Assembly (NCBI GenBank): GCA_043513815.1
Contig: CP121313.1
Span: 4,054,783-4,118,782, forward strand
Direction of reading: 5' to 3'
From: Cellvibrionales bacterium
GTDB taxonomy: Bacteria; Pseudomonadota; Gammaproteobacteria; Pseudomonadales; Halieaceae
Length of the DNA stretch: 64,000 nucleotides
The position numbers were made by a program, and so were the translations under genes. Each line of letters begins with the position of its first letter. Positions within the stretch are counted from its first letter, which is position 1. Shown one piece after another: positions 21,645 through 33,628 of the stretch. The notes under the pieces were generated by a model that saw only the letters and a list, made by a program, of their open reading frames with translations, ran no database searches and was not told where the DNA came from.

Positions 21645-23420
21645 ATGCGACGACTGACCCACCTGCTACTTCTCCTGGCGCTGCAGCTCGCCCACCCGGC
21701 AGCCAGTGCGCAGGACCTTGTTCGGCCTGCGGCCGGACTGCCCGGCACGGAGCTATCACCGCCAGAGCAGGAATTCCTGCCGGTGGAAGAGGCCTACCGA
21801 CTGGCGGTCGAGGTTCTGGATGACCAGCAGATTCGGTTGTTCTGGCAAATCGAGGAGGGCTACTACCTCTATCAGAAACGCTTCAAGTTCAAGTTTGATA
21901 CCGAGTCCGGCCCGGTAGAGGTCACCCCCACATTTCCAGAGGGCATCACTCGCGAGGACGAGTATTTCGGCGTATCGGAAGTCCACTACCATTTTGCCGA
22001 CATTACCCTGGCACTGGATGCGCCCGTTGAGCGCGGCACCCTGACAGTGACCTCCCAGGGCTGTGCCGACGCCGGTCTATGCTATCCACCGCACCGGGAT
22101 CGCTTTGAGGTCGACTTCACACAGCGCACGATCGCTGCGGTAGCACCGAAGGGCGCCCGTTCCGCGCCCGGACCAGGCAGCGAACCCGGCAGCGAGCCTG
22201 TCGAAACGGTCAGTATGAGCGGCCTGTTTTACATGATGCTGCTGGCCTTCGTGGGCGGCAGCATCCTCAACCTGATGCCCTGCGTATTCCCGGTGCTGTC
22301 GCTCAAGGTGTTCAGTTTTGCCACCGGCAGTGAGCACAGCAAGCACGTGCACGGCTGGGTTTATGCGCTCGGCGTGGTGTCCAGTTTCCTGCTGGTGGCG
22401 GCGATTCTGATTTCGCTGCAGCGGGCAGGCGCCGCCGTCGGCTGGGGTTTCCAGCTCCAGGAACCCAGATTCGTGGCCTTGCTCGCCTACCTGTTTTTCG
22501 TCATGGGCCTGTCACTCTCAGGTCTGGTGGAACTGGGGGCAGGCTTCATGGGCATGGGAAGCCAGCTGGCCGAGCGTGGCGGCTATTCCGGCTCGTTCTT
22601 CACCGGCGTACTGGCGACTGTAGTCGCCAGCCCCTGTACGGCACCGTTCATGGGTACCGCACTGGGCTTTGCCGTCACGCAGCCGGCACCGGTGGCGCTC
22701 GCCGTCTTCGCGGCACTGGGCAGCGGCATGGCGGCGCCGATGTTGCTGTTGAGCTACAGCAAAACCCTGCGCCAGAAAATGCCCAAACCCGGACCCTGGA
22801 TGGAAACGTTCAAGCAGCTGCTGGCCTTTCCGCTCTACGCCACGGCCATCTGGCTGCTGTGGGTGAGCGGCCGCCAGACCAGTGTTACCACCATGGCAGT
22901 GTTGCTGCTGGGTATGCTGGCCATCGCTCTCGGACTCTGGCTGTGGCGCTATCGCCCCTGGGGTCGCTGGGCAGGCGCCTTCGCCCTGCTCGGAGCCCTG
23001 CTGTTAATTCCCAGCGACGCGCTGAACAGCCGCAGCCAGACGCCGACAATAGCCGACGATAGCGCCTGGTCGGAGCAACGACTGGCAGCTCTGCTGGACG
23101 CAGGCACACCGGTCTTCGTCAACGTGACCGCAGACTGGTGCATCACCTGTATCGCCAACGAAAGGGGCACGCTCGGCACCGAACGGGTCGAAGCCGCCAT
23201 GGCAGAAATGGGTATGGAGTACGTGGTGGTCGACTGGACTGATTATGATGCCGATATCGCCGGCTTCCTGGCCAGCTTTGGCCGCAATGGCGTGCCGCTC
23301 TACCTGGTCTATAGTGGGCGCCCCGGCACCGACCCGGAAGTGCTGCCCCAGCTGCTCACGCCGGGGATCGTACTGGACGCACTGGGCCGCGCCAGCGCAC
23401 CCGCTCTGGCCGAACGTTAG
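21645..23420 (+). CDS. dsbD: thiol:disulfide interchange protein DsbD
   Basis: 591 aa. N-terminal periplasmic domain (TSQGCADAGLCYPP), a central multi-TM core with CVFP and SPCTAP cysteines, and a C-terminal thioredoxin domain (ADWCITC). Confidence 0.94.
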   Translation: MRRLTHLLLLLALQLAHPAASAQDLVRPAAGLPGTELSPPEQEFLPVEEAYRLAVEVLDDQQIRLFWQIEEGYYLYQKRFKFKFDTESGPVEVTPTFPEGITREDEYFGVSEVHYHFADITLALDAPVERGTLTVTSQGCADAGLCYPPHRDRFEVDFTQRTIAAVAPKGARSAPGPGSEPGSEPVETVSMSGLFYMMLLAFVGGSILNLMPCVFPVLSLKVFSFATGSEHSKHVHGWVYALGVVSSFLLVAAILISLQRAGAAVGWGFQLQEPRFVALLAYLFFVMGLSLSGLVELGAGFMGMGSQLAERGGYSGSFFTGVLATVVASPCTAPFMGTALGFAVTQPAPVALAVFAALGSGMAAPMLLLSYSKTLRQKMPKPGPWMETFKQLLAFPLYATAIWLLWVSGRQTSVTTMAVLLLGMLAIALGLWLWRYRPWGRWAGAFALLGALLLIPSDALNSRSQTPTIADDSAWSEQRLAALLDAGTPVFVNVTADWCITCIANERGTLGTERVEAAMAEMGMEYVVVDWTDYDADIAGFLASFGRNGVPLYLVYSGRPGTDPEVLPQLLTPGIVLDALGRASAPALAER

Positions 23421-23584
23421 CCCGGGGCCGGAGAGACGCCGGTTTCCGGCAAAAAAGCGCGCGAACGTCCTCGAAAATGCATGTATCTGGCGTCAACTTG
23501 GCCTTTTTTACACTTTTTGGCTAGACGCCACGCCTGCATCTATGCACAATGCCGCTCTGAACGCGCTGCGCGAGGCACAACGGC

Positions 23585-24028
23585 ATGGCAACGATCCTGG
23601 TCCTCAACGGACCTAACCTCAACCTACTGGGAGAGCGTGAACCCGGGATCTACGGCACCGCCAGCCTGGCTGATATTCACCAGGCCCTGCAACAGCAGGC
23701 CCTCGATGCCGGCCATCACCTGCTGGCCATGCAGAGCAACGCTGAATACGAACTGGTGGAGCGCATCCAGGATGCGCGCCATGAAGGCATCAACTTCATC
23801 ATCATCAATCCAGCAGCCTTCACCCACACCAGCGTAGCGCTGCGTGACGCGTTGCTGGCGGTCGCAATACCGTTTATTGAGGTGCACCTATCGAACCCCC
23901 ACGCACGCGAGCGTTTCCGTCATCACTCCTATTTCTCCGATATTGCAGCCGGCGTCATCTGCGGCCTGGGCGCGAAGGGATACGAGTTGGCACTGACGGC
24001 GGCAATCACACAACTCGACAATAAATAA
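23585..24028 (+). CDS. aroQ: type II 3-dehydroquinate dehydratase
   Basis: 147 aa. [20 protein letters not shown] start, plus [17 protein letters not shown] and EVHLSN motifs. Confidence 0.96.
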   Translation: MATILVLNGPNLNLLGEREPGIYGTASLADIHQALQQQALDAGHHLLAMQSNAEYELVERIQDARHEGINFIIINPAAFTHTSVALRDALLAVAIPFIEVHLSNPHARERFRHHSYFSDIAAGVICGLGAKGYELALTAAITQLDNK

Positions 24029-24042
24029 ATGAGGACGGGTCC

Positions 24043-24519
24043 ATGGACATTCGCAAGGTTAAAAAACTGATCGAGCTCCTCGAAGAGTCCAACATTGATG
24101 AAATTGAAATCAAGGAGGGTGAGGAATCGGTGCGCATCAGTCGCAACGGCAGCGCGCAGGCCGCCGCGCCGATCCAGTACGCGCCACCGCCACCGCCGCC
24201 TCCGCAAGCGCCGGCGCCAGCCGCGGCACCCGCGCCCGCTGCTGAGGCACCCGCGGAAAGCCCTGCCGGCGCTGAGGAGACCAACGGACACGTGGTTACG
24301 TCGCCGATGGTCGGAACTTTCTATCGCTCGCCGTCTCCCAGCTCGCCGGCCTTTATCGAGGTGGGGCAGCATGTAAAGGTCGGCGATGTCATCTGCATTG
24401 TTGAGGCCATGAAGATGATGAACCAGATCGAAGCGGACAAAGCGGGCACCATCGAGGCAATCCTGGTCGAGAACGGCCAGCCGGTGGAATTCGATCAACC
24501 CCTGGTCACGATCGTCTAG
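24043..24519 (+). CDS. accB: acetyl-CoA carboxylase biotin carboxyl carrier protein
   Basis: 158 aa. Pro/Ala linker and the biotinyl-lysine motif [10 protein letters not shown]. Confidence 0.96.
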   Translation: MDIRKVKKLIELLEESNIDEIEIKEGEESVRISRNGSAQAAAPIQYAPPPPPPPQAPAPAAAPAPAAEAPAESPAGAEETNGHVVTSPMVGTFYRSPSPSSPAFIEVGQHVKVGDVICIVEAMKMMNQIEADKAGTIEAILVENGQPVEFDQPLVTIV

Positions 24520-24535
24520 CGGCGAGGAGAGAACA

Positions 24536-25882
24536 ATGCCGTTGCTGGATAAAGTCGTCATCGCCAATCGCGGTGAAATTGCACTGCGGGTGCTGCGCGC
24601 CTGCAAGGAAATGGGGATCAAGACAGTGGCTGTTCACTCCCAGGTGGACCGGGAACTGATGCACGTGAAGCTGGCGGATGAGTCGGTGTGCATCGGGCCA
24701 GCGCCCTCCAGCGAGAGCTACCTCAATATTCCCGCCATCATCTCCGCCGCAGAGGTCACTGACGCGGTGGGTATTCACCCGGGCTACGGCTTCCTGGCCG
24801 AGAACGCCGATTTCGCCGAGCAGGTTGAGCGCAGTGGTTTTACCTTTATCGGGCCCAATGCCGATGTGATCCGGCTGATGGGCGACAAGGTGTCCGCTAT
24901 CGAAGCCATGCAGGCGGCTGGCGTACCCACGGTACCGGGCTCCGACGGACCGCTGGACGATGACAGCGAACGCACCGTGGAGATTGCCAGGCGCATTGGT
25001 TACCCCGTCATCATCAAGGCCGCCGCCGGCGGCGGCGGTCGCGGCATGCGCGTCGTACAAAGCGAGGCCGCCCTGCTCAATGCAGTGTATGTCACGCAGT
25101 CTGAGGCGGCCGCCGCGTTCGGCAGCGACAAGGTCTACATAGAGAAGTTTCTTGAAAACCCCCGCCACGTTGAAGTCCAGGTGCTGGCCGACAGCCACGG
25201 CAACGCAATACACCTGGGCGACCGCGATTGCTCCCTGCAGCGGCGTCACCAGAAGGTCATTGAAGAAGCGCCGGCGCCCGGTATTCCCCAGGAGGCCCGC
25301 GAGGAAGTGTATGAGGCCTGCACCAATGCCTGTAAGAAAATCGGCTATTGTGGTGCCGGCACCTTCGAATTTCTGTACGAGGACGGCGGATTCTATTTCA
25401 TCGAGATGAACACCCGGGTCCAGGTCGAGCACCCGGTCTCGGAAATGATTACCGGCATCGATATCGTCAAGGAACAGATCCGGGTGGCCAGCGGTCTGCC
25501 ACTGTCTTTTACCCAGGAAGACGTGACCTTTACAGGCCATGCCTTCGAGTGCCGTATCAATGCCGAGGATCCGCGCACCTTCATGCCTAGCCCCGGTCAT
25601 GTCAGCCATTTCCATGCTCCGGGCGGCAACGGTGTACGCGTCGACTCGCACCTTTATGGCGGCTACTCGGTGCCGCCCCACTACGATTCACTGATCGCCA
25701 AGATCATCACTTACGGCGAATCCCGAGAGGTGGCACTGGCACGCATGCGCCAGGCGCTGGAAGAGCTGGTGGTGGAAGGCATACGCACCAACGCCGACCT
25801 GCACCGGGATCTGGTCCGTGACGCCGCTTTTGCCCGAGGCGGAGTCAGCATTCACTACCTTGAAAAACGGCTCAACGCCTGA
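24536..25882 (+). CDS. accC: acetyl-CoA carboxylase biotin carboxylase subunit
   Basis: 448 aa. [10 protein letters not shown] start, ATP-grasp motifs, EMNTR.QVEHPV. Confidence 0.97.
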   Translation: MPLLDKVVIANRGEIALRVLRACKEMGIKTVAVHSQVDRELMHVKLADESVCIGPAPSSESYLNIPAIISAAEVTDAVGIHPGYGFLAENADFAEQVERSGFTFIGPNADVIRLMGDKVSAIEAMQAAGVPTVPGSDGPLDDDSERTVEIARRIGYPVIIKAAAGGGGRGMRVVQSEAALLNAVYVTQSEAAAAFGSDKVYIEKFLENPRHVEVQVLADSHGNAIHLGDRDCSLQRRHQKVIEEAPAPGIPQEAREEVYEACTNACKKIGYCGAGTFEFLYEDGGFYFIEMNTRVQVEHPVSEMITGIDIVKEQIRVASGLPLSFTQEDVTFTGHAFECRINAEDPRTFMPSPGHVSHFHAPGGNGVRVDSHLYGGYSVPPHYDSLIAKIITYGESREVALARMRQALEELVVEGIRTNADLHRDLVRDAAFARGGVSIHYLEKRLNA

Positions 25883-25893
25883 GAGATTCGGCA

Positions 25894-26772
25894 GTGGCCT
25901 GGTTGCAAGTACGGCTTAATACCCGAGCTGAATTGGCGCCCGCGGCCGAGGATATCCTGCTTGCTCTGGGCGCCGCTTCGGTGACCCTCGAAGACAATGC
26001 CGACCAGCCCCTGTTTGCCGGCGCCGAGCCGGAGCAGCAACTCTGGCAACAGACTCGCGTCAGCGGGCTGTTCCCCGCCGATACCGATCTCGACAGCCTG
26101 CGCGCCGGACTGCCCGCGGACTACCGGGACCTCATGCACGCCGAGCTTCTGGAAGACAAGGACTGGGAGCGTGAATGGATGCAACACTACCAGCCCCGCC
26201 AGTTTGCTGACGGTCTCTGGCTGTGCCCCTCCTGGCTAACCCCCCCTGACCCGACGGCGGTCAATATCATGCTGGATCCCGGCCTGGCCTTCGGCACCGG
26301 AACCCACCCGACCACCGCCATGTGCCTGGGCGAACTGGCAGAGCGCGTTGAGCCGGGGATGCGTGTAGTGGACTTCGGCTGCGGGTCCGGCGTGCTGGGT
26401 ATCGCCGCCCTGCTGTTGGGTGCTGCCTCGACGCTGGCAACCGATACCGACCCACAGGCCTTGACAGCGACCTGGGCCAATGCTGAACGCAACGGCATTG
26501 CGAGCGGACAGTTGCAGGTATGCCATCCGGATGACCTGGACGGCGATGCCAGGGCTGAACTGGTGGTCGCAAATATTCTGGCAGGACCACTCTGTGACCT
26601 GGCGCCGGTGCTGACTGCCAAGCTGGCACCTGGCGGCACGCTGCTGCTGTCCGGGATCCTGCGGGAACAGGTAGACACCTTGCGTGTCTGCTACCCGCTG
26701 CAGCTTGACGTCGCCCGCGAGCAGGACGGCTGGGTGGCGCTGGTAGGCCAGGCCCCGAAGGAGCAGCCGTGA
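25894..26772 (+). CDS. prmA: ribosomal protein L11 methyltransferase
   Basis: 292 aa with a GTG start. LDPGLAFGTG.H.TT and the SAM motif DFGCGSGVLGIAA. Confidence 0.93.
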   Translation: MAWLQVRLNTRAELAPAAEDILLALGAASVTLEDNADQPLFAGAEPEQQLWQQTRVSGLFPADTDLDSLRAGLPADYRDLMHAELLEDKDWEREWMQHYQPRQFADGLWLCPSWLTPPDPTAVNIMLDPGLAFGTGTHPTTAMCLGELAERVEPGMRVVDFGCGSGVLGIAALLLGAASTLATDTDPQALTATWANAERNGIASGQLQVCHPDDLDGDARAELVVANILAGPLCDLAPVLTAKLAPGGTLLLSGILREQVDTLRVCYPLQLDVAREQDGWVALVGQAPKEQP

Positions 26773-26783
26773 AAGAACTGCAG

Positions 26784-27419
26784 ATGGCCACCTGCCCCCA
26801 TTGCGACGCCAGCTTCCAGGTCGCTGCGGCACAACTCGAACAGGCCGGCGGTCGAGTGCGCTGCGGCAACTGCCTGCAGATCTTTGACGGGGTGCGCAGT
26901 GAGATCGACTTTATCGCGCCGACCCTGCCCGACGACAACAGCGCGCACCCGATTCTTGAGCTTGAGGTCAAGCCCATGGCGGCCGCCGAGTTGCCCGCCA
27001 GCAGTGGCGGCATTGCCTGGAGCGCCTGGACCATCCTGGCGGCCTTGCTAACCGTGCTGGCAGTGCAGCTCTACCTGCCGCAGCTGGAAGCTGAGCGTGC
27101 CCGCGACAGCCTGCAACTGGCCCGCCTGGTCATCCGTCCACACCCGGACGCCGACGGCGCGCTGAGGCTTGATGCGGTGATACGCAATCCTTCAGCGGAA
27201 GCCGCCCCGTTGCCGCTACTGGTGCTGGGCTTTACCAATCGCCAGGGCGAGCCACGAGCCCGAAGGGCCTTCCTGCCGGCCGAGTACCTGCACGGCTCTG
27301 GCCCGCTACGACTGCCTGCCAACAGCGAGCTGCAGGTGTCGATTTCGCTGGCCGATCCCGGCCGCGATGCGGTCAATTATGTCGCCCGACTGGAGCCTGT
27401 CACCGCCCGGGCGGATTGA
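26784..27419 (+). CDS. MJ0042-type zinc-ribbon / DUF3426 membrane protein
   Basis: Starts MATCPHC....F.V....L....G.VRCG.C...F, followed by one TM and a C-terminal beta-rich domain. The track ORF begins 15 nt earlier at a GTG. Confidence 0.75.
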   Translation: MATCPHCDASFQVAAAQLEQAGGRVRCGNCLQIFDGVRSEIDFIAPTLPDDNSAHPILELEVKPMAAAELPASSGGIAWSAWTILAALLTVLAVQLYLPQLEAERARDSLQLARLVIRPHPDADGALRLDAVIRNPSAEAAPLPLLVLGFTNRQGEPRARRAFLPAEYLHGSGPLRLPANSELQVSISLADPGRDAVNYVARLEPVTARAD

Positions 27420-27440
27420 TCAAAAAATCCTCAATTCCCC

Positions 27441-27469
27441 TTGGAGCCTCCAGGGCTTGCGAGTATCAT
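27441..27469 (+). promoter_or_regulatory. candidate sigma-70 promoter of dusB-fis (TTGGAG-17-TATCAT)
   Basis: Hexamers with a 17-nt spacer, read 36 nt upstream of the dusB ATG. Motif-only call. Confidence 0.35.
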
Positions 27470-27504
27470 AACGCCCCTTTTCCGCCATCCGGGCACCCCG
27501 CCGC

Positions 27505-28491
27505 ATGATCGCGATCGGTCCTTACAGACTGAACAACAATGTCGCACTCGCCCCGATGGCCGGCGTTACAGATTTGCCTTTCCGACGGCTCTGCAAGCGA
27601 CTCGGCGCGGGGCTGGTGGTCTCGGAAATGGTCACCAGCGACACGCGTCTATGGAATACCCGCAAGTCCCGGCAGCGACTGTTGCACGGCGATGAATGCG
27701 AACCGCGTTCTGTGCAGATAGCCGGCGGCGACCCGCAGATGATGGCCGACGCCGCGCGCTGCAACGTGGAACTGGGTGCCCAGATTATCGACATCAACAT
27801 GGGCTGCCCGGCCAAGAAAGTCTGCAAGAAGGCGGCTGGCTCAGCACTACTGCGAGATGAAGAGCTGGTGCGCGCCATACTCGAAGCAGTGACCGCGGCC
27901 GTCGACGTACCCGTCACCCTGAAGATTCGTACCGGCTGGTCGCCAGAGAACCGCAACGGCGTTACCGTGGCCCGTATTGCCGAGGACGCCGGCATCGCCG
28001 CCCTCGCCGTACATGGCCGTACTCGTGCCTGTCGCTTCATGGGCCAGGCCGAGTACCAGACCATCGCCGAGATCTGCCAGGCGGTCGACCTGCCGGTATT
28101 TGCCAATGGCGATATCACCAGCCCCCGGCAGGCACAGCGAGTACTCTCCCAGACCGGCGCCGCCGGCATCATGATTGGTCGCGCTGCCCAGGGGCGGCCC
28201 TGGCTCTGCGGCCAGGTCGCACACTACCTGGCCCACGGCGAACTGGCCGACGAGCCCGCCCGGGAAGAAAGGGCCGCCATCATGCTGGAACACCTGCGCG
28301 GCCTGTACGATTTTTACGGAGAATTCATGGGCCTGCGCATCGCGCGCAAGCACATCGGCTGGTACCTGCAGCAGGCACCCGGGGCAGAAACCTTCCGGCG
28401 CCTGTTCAACCAGCTGGACAGCGCCGCCGAACAGGAAGCCGCGCTGCATAGCTTTTTCAATGACACCGAAGACAAGGAGTTGGCCGCATGA
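27505..28491 (+). CDS. dusB: tRNA-dihydrouridine synthase B
   Basis: 328 aa. [22 protein letters not shown], and TIM-barrel Dus motifs. ATGA overlap with fis. Confidence 0.95.
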   Translation: MIAIGPYRLNNNVALAPMAGVTDLPFRRLCKRLGAGLVVSEMVTSDTRLWNTRKSRQRLLHGDECEPRSVQIAGGDPQMMADAARCNVELGAQIIDINMGCPAKKVCKKAAGSALLRDEELVRAILEAVTAAVDVPVTLKIRTGWSPENRNGVTVARIAEDAGIAALAVHGRTRACRFMGQAEYQTIAEICQAVDLPVFANGDITSPRQAQRVLSQTGAAGIMIGRAAQGRPWLCGQVAHYLAHGELADEPAREERAAIMLEHLRGLYDFYGEFMGLRIARKHIGWYLQQAPGAETFRRLFNQLDSAAEQEAALHSFFNDTEDKELAA

Positions 28492-28808
28492 GAGTGGGGG
28501 AAACCCTGGCGGAACGGAAGCCGAACACATCACTGGACCTGCCTGCAGAAGGTGGCAACGGCAAAGGCTCCAGCCTGCGCCAGAGCGTGCGCCTGGCAGT
28601 GAGGGCTTATCTCGAAGAGCTGGAAGGCGAGTTGGGCAGTGAGGTGTACCAGATGGTGCTCGCAGAAGTCGAGGCACCTCTGCTGGAAGAAATCATGCAG
28701 TACACTCGCAATAACCAGACCAGGGCGTCACAGATGCTCGGTCTCAATCGCGGCACCCTGCGCAAGAAGTTGAAGCAATACGGACTGCTGACCGATAACG
28801 GCGCCTGA
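28488..28808 (+). CDS. fis: DNA-binding protein Fis
   Basis: 106 aa. C-terminal [25 protein letters not shown] is diagnostic. Confidence 0.94.
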   Translation: MRVGETLAERKPNTSLDLPAEGGNGKGSSLRQSVRLAVRAYLEELEGELGSEVYQMVLAEVEAPLLEEIMQYTRNNQTRASQMLGLNRGTLRKKLKQYGLLTDNGA

Positions 28809-28838
28809 GCGCCTCTCAACTACAGACTGGACCCCCTC

Positions 28839-30413
28839 ATGACTGAGACAGATCTTGTTCCGGTTCGGCGTGCGCTAATCAGCGTGTCCGACAAAACCGG
28901 TATCGAGGACTTTGCCCGTGGTCTTGCCGACCAGGGCGTTGAACTGCTTTCCACCGGTGGCACCTTCCGCCTGCTGCGGGACGCCGGCATCACCGTGACC
29001 GAGATCGCCGAGTACACCGGCTTTCCAGAGATGATGGACGGCCGGGTAAAGACGCTGCATCCCAAGGTACACGGCGGCATCCTGGCCCGCCGCGGCACCG
29101 ATGACGCGGTCATGGCCGAACACGGCATCGACCCGATCGACATGGTGGTGGTCAACCTTTACCCCTTCGAGCAGACCGTTGCCAAACCCGATTGCAGCCT
29201 CGAGGACGCGGTGGAGAACATCGATATCGGTGGACCCACCATGGTACGCGCCGCTGCCAAGAACCATCGCCATGTCACCATCGTGGTGAATGCCGGCAAC
29301 TACCCCTGCATTCTCGAAGAGCTGCAGGACAAGGGCGGCTGCCTCAGCTATCGCACTCGCTTCGACCTGGCCGTGCGCGCCTATGAACACACCGCCGCCT
29401 ATGACGCCGCCATTGCCAACCACTTTGGCAGGCTGGTGGAAGGCGGCAGCGACGCCTTCCCGCGCACCTTCTCCACCCAGTTTCATCGGGTTCAGGAAAT
29501 GCGCTACGGTGAAAACCCGCACCAGGCCGCTGCGTTTTACAAGGAAGCCAAGCCGGCAGAGGTTGGCATCGCCACGGCCAAACAGTTGCAGGGAAAAGCG
29601 CTGTCCTACAACAACGTCGCAGACACCGACGCCGCCCTGGAATGCGTCAAGCAATTCGACCAGCCCGCCTGCGTGATCGTCAAACACGCCAATCCCTGCG
29701 GCGTGGCGGTGAGCGCAACGATCGCGGAGGCCTACCAGCGCGCGTTTGGCACCGATCCGGAATCGGCCTTCGGCGGCATTATCGCCTTCAACCGTGAGCT
29801 GGACGCCGACACCGCGGCGGCCATCATTGAGCGCCAGTTTGTAGAAGTCATCATCGCACCAGAAATCAGCACTGCAGCGTTGGCGGTCACCGCGGCCAAG
29901 GAAAACGTGCGGGTACTGCGCTGCGGCGCCTGGAGCGAGGCCCTGCCCGCCCTGGACTACAAGCGCGTCAACGGCGGACTGCTGGTACAGGACCGCGACC
30001 TCGGCATGATTGGCGCCGAAGAGCTGAAGATTGTTACCCGCAAGCAGCCTGACGCCGAACAGATGCAGGACATGCTGTTCGCCTGGAAGGTCGCCAAGTT
30101 CGTCAAATCCAATGCCATCGTCTACGCGGCCGGCGGCCAGACCATCGGTGTGGGCGCGGGCCAGATGAGCCGCGTAAATTCTGCTCGCATCGCTGCCATC
30201 AAGGCCGAACATGCCGGCCTGGAAGTGAAGGGCTCGGTGATGGCCTCGGACGCCTTCTTCCCGTTCCGGGATGGCATGGACAACGCGGCGGCGGTGGGCA
30301 TCAGTGCTGTGATCCAGCCGGGCGGCTCCATCCGCGACGACGAGGTCATCGCTGCCGCCGATGAGCACGGCATGGCCATGGTCTTCACCGGCATGCGCCA
30401 CTTCCGTCACTGA
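28839..30413 (+). CDS. purH: bifunctional AICAR transformylase / IMP cyclohydrolase
   Basis: 524 aa. [22 protein letters not shown], and the ending FTGMRHFRH. Confidence 0.97.
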   Translation: MTETDLVPVRRALISVSDKTGIEDFARGLADQGVELLSTGGTFRLLRDAGITVTEIAEYTGFPEMMDGRVKTLHPKVHGGILARRGTDDAVMAEHGIDPIDMVVVNLYPFEQTVAKPDCSLEDAVENIDIGGPTMVRAAAKNHRHVTIVVNAGNYPCILEELQDKGGCLSYRTRFDLAVRAYEHTAAYDAAIANHFGRLVEGGSDAFPRTFSTQFHRVQEMRYGENPHQAAAFYKEAKPAEVGIATAKQLQGKALSYNNVADTDAALECVKQFDQPACVIVKHANPCGVAVSATIAEAYQRAFGTDPESAFGGIIAFNRELDADTAAAIIERQFVEVIIAPEISTAALAVTAAKENVRVLRCGAWSEALPALDYKRVNGGLLVQDRDLGMIGAEELKIVTRKQPDAEQMQDMLFAWKVAKFVKSNAIVYAAGGQTIGVGAGQMSRVNSARIAAIKAEHAGLEVKGSVMASDAFFPFRDGMDNAAAVGISAVIQPGGSIRDDEVIAAADEHGMAMVFTGMRHFRH

Positions 30414-30431
30414 TACAGGAGGGCTGGCACG

Positions 30432-31709
30432 GTGAATGTCCTGGTAATTGGTAGCGGTGGTCGAGAACACGCCCTGGCCTGGAAGGCAGCACAGTCTGTT
30501 GACGTGGGCACGGTTTTCGTCGCGCCCGGCAATGCCGGCACCGCGACGGAACCTGGCGTCGAGAATATCGACATAGCGCCTGGCGATTTCGCTGCACTTG
30601 CCGATTTCTGCGCGGCACGCGATGTGGATCTGACCATCGTCGGTCCCGAGGCACCGTTGGTAGAGGGTATTGTCGATTACTTCAGTGAACGCGGCCTGCG
30701 CTGCTTCGGCCCGTCGGCAGCGGCCGCCCAGCTGGAAGGCTCCAAGGCCTTCAGCAAGGATTTCCTGGCGCGCCACAATATTCCCACCGCCGCCTACCAG
30801 AACTTCACCGAGCTTGAGCCGGCACTGGCCTACCTGCGCGAGCGCGGTGCGCCGATCGTCGTCAAGGCCGACGGATTGGCCGCCGGCAAGGGCGTGATTG
30901 TTGCTGAAACCCTGGAGCAGGCAGAGGCCGCCGTGCACGACATGCTGTCCGGCAACGCCTTTGGCGAGGCAGGCTGCCGCGTGGTTATTGAAGACTTCCT
31001 CAGCGGCGAGGAAGCCAGCTTTATTGTCATGGTGGACGGCGAGAACGTGCTGCCCATGGCCACCAGCCAGGATCACAAACGCGTCGGCGACGGCGACACC
31101 GGCCCCAACACTGGCGGCATGGGAGCCTACTCACCGGCCCCGGTGGTGACCGATACCGTCTACCAGCGCGTGATGGACGAGGTCATCTATCCGACCGTGG
31201 CCGGCATGTCGGCAGACGGCATGCCCTACACAGGGTTCCTTTACGCCGGCCTGATGATCGCCGCCGACGGCAGCCCCAGGGTCATCGAGTTCAATTGCCG
31301 CTTTGGCGACCCGGAAACCCAGCCGATCATGATGCGACTGAACTCCGATCTCTGCGCACTGTGCAACGCTGCCCTTGACCGGCGTCTTGCCGACACGGAG
31401 GCACAGTGGGATAGCCGCGCCTGCATGGGTGTGGTGATGGCGGCTGGCGGCTACCCGGGTAGCTACGGCAAAGGCTTCGAGATCTCCGGACTGGAGCAGG
31501 CCGACAGCGAAAACCGCAAGGTTTTTCACGCGGGGACTGCCCTTAAGGACAACACCGTCGTTACCAGCGGCGGCCGCGTAGTGTGTGTGACGGCGTTGGG
31601 GGATTCCATCGCGGCGGCGCGGGATGCCGCCTACGTCGGGGTCGAGCAGATCAGCTGGGAAGGCGTGGTATTTCGCCGCGATATCGGCTGGCGCGCGATC
31701 CAAAGATAG
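30432..31709 (+). CDS. purD: phosphoribosylamine-glycine ligase
   Basis: 425 aa with a GTG start. [19 protein letters not shown]-grasp fold, EFN.RFGDPE. Confidence 0.97.
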   Translation: MNVLVIGSGGREHALAWKAAQSVDVGTVFVAPGNAGTATEPGVENIDIAPGDFAALADFCAARDVDLTIVGPEAPLVEGIVDYFSERGLRCFGPSAAAAQLEGSKAFSKDFLARHNIPTAAYQNFTELEPALAYLRERGAPIVVKADGLAAGKGVIVAETLEQAEAAVHDMLSGNAFGEAGCRVVIEDFLSGEEASFIVMVDGENVLPMATSQDHKRVGDGDTGPNTGGMGAYSPAPVVTDTVYQRVMDEVIYPTVAGMSADGMPYTGFLYAGLMIAADGSPRVIEFNCRFGDPETQPIMMRLNSDLCALCNAALDRRLADTEAQWDSRACMGVVMAAGGYPGSYGKGFEISGLEQADSENRKVFHAGTALKDNTVVTSGGRVVCVTALGDSIAAARDAAYVGVEQISWEGVVFRRDIGWRAIQR

Positions 31710-31738
31710 CGGAGTCCAATTCCGTTACACTTGGGTGC

Positions 31739-32383
31739 ATGGAAAGACGCAAACTCACACTGCTGGATCACCTTATCGACAACGCCGACCAGGTGCTGCG
31801 CACCCTGGGTGGTGACGCCAACCAGGCCGGCCGACCCTCACCCGCCAACAGTAGCCCGGAACCGGAGCTCGACGACACCCAGCGCCATCACGCCGCGGGC
31901 CTGATGCGTGTAAACCATACCGGTGAAGTCTGTGCCCAGGCCCTTTACCAGGGTCAGGCGCTGACCGCCCGCCTGCCCGACGTGCGCGAGGAGATGGAGC
32001 AGGCCGCGGCTGAGGAGATTGACCACCTGGTGTGGTGTGAAGAACGCCTGAACCAGCTGGGCAGCCACACCAGCCGCCTGAATCCCTTGTGGTACGGCTT
32101 ATCCTTCGCCATGGGGGCGGCAGCCGGACTGGCCGGTGATCGCTGGAGCCTGGGCTTCGTGGCCGCCACCGAAGACCGCGTGTGCCGTCACCTGGAAGAT
32201 CACCTCGAGCGACTGCCTGAAGACGATCATCGCAGCCGGCGCATTGTGGAACAGATGCTGGAAGATGAACGCCGACACGGTGAGGCCGCCCTCGAAGCGG
32301 GCGGCGAAGAATTTCCGGAACCGGTCAAGCGCGCCATGGCCAGCGTCTCTCGCATCATGACCGACACCAGCTATCGGCTATAG
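31739..32383 (+). CDS. coq7: 2-polyprenyl-3-methyl-6-methoxy-1,4-benzoquinol hydroxylase (di-iron Coq7 type)
   Basis: 214 aa. Di-iron ligand motifs RVNH.GE..A..LY.GQ and E.DH, repeated as E..H in the second half. Confidence 0.9.
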   Translation: MERRKLTLLDHLIDNADQVLRTLGGDANQAGRPSPANSSPEPELDDTQRHHAAGLMRVNHTGEVCAQALYQGQALTARLPDVREEMEQAAAEEIDHLVWCEERLNQLGSHTSRLNPLWYGLSFAMGAAAGLAGDRWSLGFVAATEDRVCRHLEDHLERLPEDDHRSRRIVEQMLEDERRHGEAALEAGGEEFPEPVKRAMASVSRIMTDTSYRL

Positions 32384-32401
32384 GCCACCACGCGGCGTCC
32401 T

Positions 32402-32824
32402 TCAGGGGGTCTCTTCAAGCGCGTGACTATGGGTCATCTCGACACCCGCCGCTTCCATCATGATGCTGGCGGAACAGTACTTTTCAGCCGACAGCGAGAC
32501 AGCGCGGGCGACCTGGTTTTCCTTGAGCCCGCGCCCTGTCACCACGAAGTGCACATGGATTTTCGTAAACACGGCAGGCACCGCATCGGCCCGCTCAGCG
32601 CGCAGTTCGGCGCGGCAGTCTGTCACATCCTGGCGGGACTTTTTCAACATCGACATGACGTCAAAGGCCGAGCAGCCACCCAGCCCCATCAGCAACATCT
32701 CCATCGGCCGCGGGCCCATATTGCGCCCGCCGTGGTCCGGCGGACCGTCCATCACCACGCTATGCCCGCTGCCGGCTTCGGCCAGGAACATGGCGTTATC
32801 TACCCATTTAATGATTGCTTCCAT
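32402..32824 (-). CDS. OsmC-family peroxiredoxin-like protein
   Basis: 140 aa. The OsmC pattern with two conserved Cys (GLGGCSAFD and SAEKYCSAS). Confidence 0.85.
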   Translation of the reverse strand: MEAIIKWVDNAMFLAEAGSGHSVVMDGPPDHGGRNMGPRPMEMLLMGLGGCSAFDVMSMLKKSRQDVTDCRAELRAERADAVPAVFTKIHVHFVVTGRGLKENQVARAVSLSAEKYCSASIMMEAAGVEMTHSHALEETP

Positions 32825-32931
32825 GATGCGTAAGTCCTTGATGATTCGTTAGTATTACCGGCAAAGGTATCTGTTTACTTTAGTTGTCACTAGTCTAGTA
32901 TTACGCCAACAACCCAACAGGAGAGTCGGGT

Positions 32932-33597
32932 TTGATAAAACCGCAAATTCTCAAAGCCATCCCCAACATCGAGAACTTCCTGCGCTACTGCCAGCGCCAG
33001 GACTTCAAGCCCAAGTCGCAGATCATTCGCATGGGCGAGGTCAGCAACTCACTGTATTTCATTCTCGACGGCTCGGTGTCCGTCATTGTCGAAGACGATG
33101 ACGATCACGACATGGTCGTCAGCTACCTGAATCCCGGTGACTTCTTCGGCGAAATGGGCCTGTTCGGGGACGACGAGGAGCCCCGCAGCGCACTGGTGCA
33201 GGCGAAGACCCAGTGTGAAGTCGCCGAGATCAGCTACGAACGCTTCCACAAGATTCGCGCCCAATTCCCCGACATTCTGTTCGGCATCGGCAAGCAGATG
33301 GCAAACCGCTTGCGCATCACCACCCGAAAACTGTCCGACCTCGCCTTTGTCGACGTGTCCGGCCGTATAGCCCACACGCTGCTGGACCTGTGCCAGCAAC
33401 CTGACGCCATGACCCATCCGGATGGCATGCAGATCAAGGTAACCCGGCAGGAGCTCGGGCGCATTGTCGGCTGTTCCCGGGAAATGGCCGGCCGCGTACT
33501 CAAGACCCTGGAGGACGACGGTTTGCTGACTGCCAGCGGCAAGACCATTGTGGTTTTCGATCCCACCCGCAGGGCGCCCCCGGAAGCGGCACCCTGA
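32932..33597 (+). CDS. crp: cAMP receptor protein (Crp/Vfr-type global regulator)
   Basis: 221 aa. TTG start with AGGAGA upstream. cNMP-binding block FFGEMGLF and the C-terminal HTH QIKVTRQELGRIVGCSREMAGRVLK. The position next to trpC and osmC matches Pseudomonas vfr synteny. Confidence 0.92.
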   Translation: MIKPQILKAIPNIENFLRYCQRQDFKPKSQIIRMGEVSNSLYFILDGSVSVIVEDDDDHDMVVSYLNPGDFFGEMGLFGDDEEPRSALVQAKTQCEVAEISYERFHKIRAQFPDILFGIGKQMANRLRITTRKLSDLAFVDVSGRIAHTLLDLCQQPDAMTHPDGMQIKVTRQELGRIVGCSREMAGRVLKTLEDDGLLTASGKTIVVFDPTRRAPPEAAP

Positions 33598-33628
33598 TCC
33601 CGCACCAGGCACTGCAGGCACCGACAGC

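Noticed and set aside
23421-23584. Hairpin GCCGG-TTT-CCGGC after dsbD, considered as a rho-independent terminator.
   Set aside because: On the dsbD strand it is followed by an A-run, not a T-run, and the stem is only 5 bp. The evidence is insufficient for a terminator call.
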